Positions 63,605 through 64,000 of a stretch of 64,000 nucleotides of DNA are shown here, one piece after another. The notes below the pieces were generated by a model that did not search any database, was not told the DNA's origin, and was given only the letters and a program-made list of their open reading frames with translations. The DNA lies in the NCBI GenBank assembly GCA_963713985.1, contig OY970219.1, forward strand, positions 2,313,700 through 2,377,699, written 5' to 3'. Each line of letters opens with the position of its first letter. The first letter of the stretch is position 1. A program made the translations under genes and the position numbers. Source of the DNA: an uncultured Solirubrobacterales bacterium. Lineage in GTDB: Bacteria > Actinomycetota > Thermoleophilia > Solirubrobacterales > Solirubrobacteraceae.

Positions 63605-64000
63605 ATGAGGTGCAGGAGACGACGCGCGCTGTGCCTGTTCGGGGTGCTCGCCGCCGGTACGCTGTGGCTCTGCGGCGCCGGGACGGCCGCGGCCTACGGC
63701 CCGGTCGCGTGGGGCGACGAGAATTACGGGCAGCTCGGCAACGGCGAATTCGAAGGCTTCCGCATCGCTCCCGTCGCAGTCGGCAGGCTCGACGAAGAAG
63801 TCGCCGTCAACGGCGAAGTCGCGGTGGGTGAAGAAAGCGTCGCGCTCGCGGCCGGCTTTGAGCATGCGCTGGCGCTGCTGCGCAACGGCAAGGTCGTCGC
63901 GTGGGGTGAAAACGGACAGGGGCAGCTCGGCGACGGCACCAGCCTCGGCCCCGAAACGTGCGTGTACTTCTCGGTGTGCAGCACGGTCCCGGTCGAAGTC
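63605..64000 (+). CDS. Secreted RCC1-repeat protein, 5' part; continues beyond the right edge
   Basis: Manual translation from ATG 63605: MRCRRRRALCLFGVLAAGTLWLCGAGTAAAYGPVAWGDENYGQLGNG...LAAGFEHALALLRNGKVVAWGENGQGQLGDG. Confidence 0.88.
   Translation, partial: MRCRRRRALCLFGVLAAGTLWLCGAGTAAAYGPVAWGDENYGQLGNGEFEGFRIAPVAVGRLDEEVAVNGEVAVGEESVALAAGFEHALALLRNGKVVAWGENGQGQLGDGTSLGPETCVYFSVCSTVPVEV

Noticed and set aside
42600-64000. Prophage or IS element in the accessory region
   Set aside because: No structural phage genes, transposase, integrase or terminal inverted repeats recognisable within the window.

Overview
High-GC actinobacterial DNA; gene content and small conserved orphans suggest Thermoleophilia/Solirubrobacterales (inference). 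The first ~42 kb is mostly core metabolism: ethylmalonyl-CoA pathway genes (meaA/ecm, ccr, hbd-like), ClpS, YgfZ, and a full F420 cluster (fbiC, cofE, cofC, cofD, npdG, a deazaflavin-dependent reductase). The F420 cluster is interrupted by a PadR/carotenoid-oxygenase unit and a type III PKS/sulfotransferase-like pair. Acyl-CoA catabolic genes, a GH65/beta-PGM pair, an amidase, an inositol monophosphatase-like gene and a P450 follow. From ~42 kb the window becomes accessory: RCC1-repeat secreted proteins, small regulators, toxin-antitoxin pairs, an arsenic cluster with truncated arsM, many gene fragments, and two diverged copies of a winged-helix ORF. Each copy starts with a nearly invariant tRNA-3'-end-like (att-like) sequence, and together they bracket a HTH-PIN TA pair and an HNH nuclease. 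The most unusual non-coding signal is four abutting perfect 24-bp CATG-centred palindromes with unrelated arms at 5943-6039. I found no rRNA, intact tRNA, CRISPR array, integrase or transposase. Product calls come from motif recognition only; no database searches were run.
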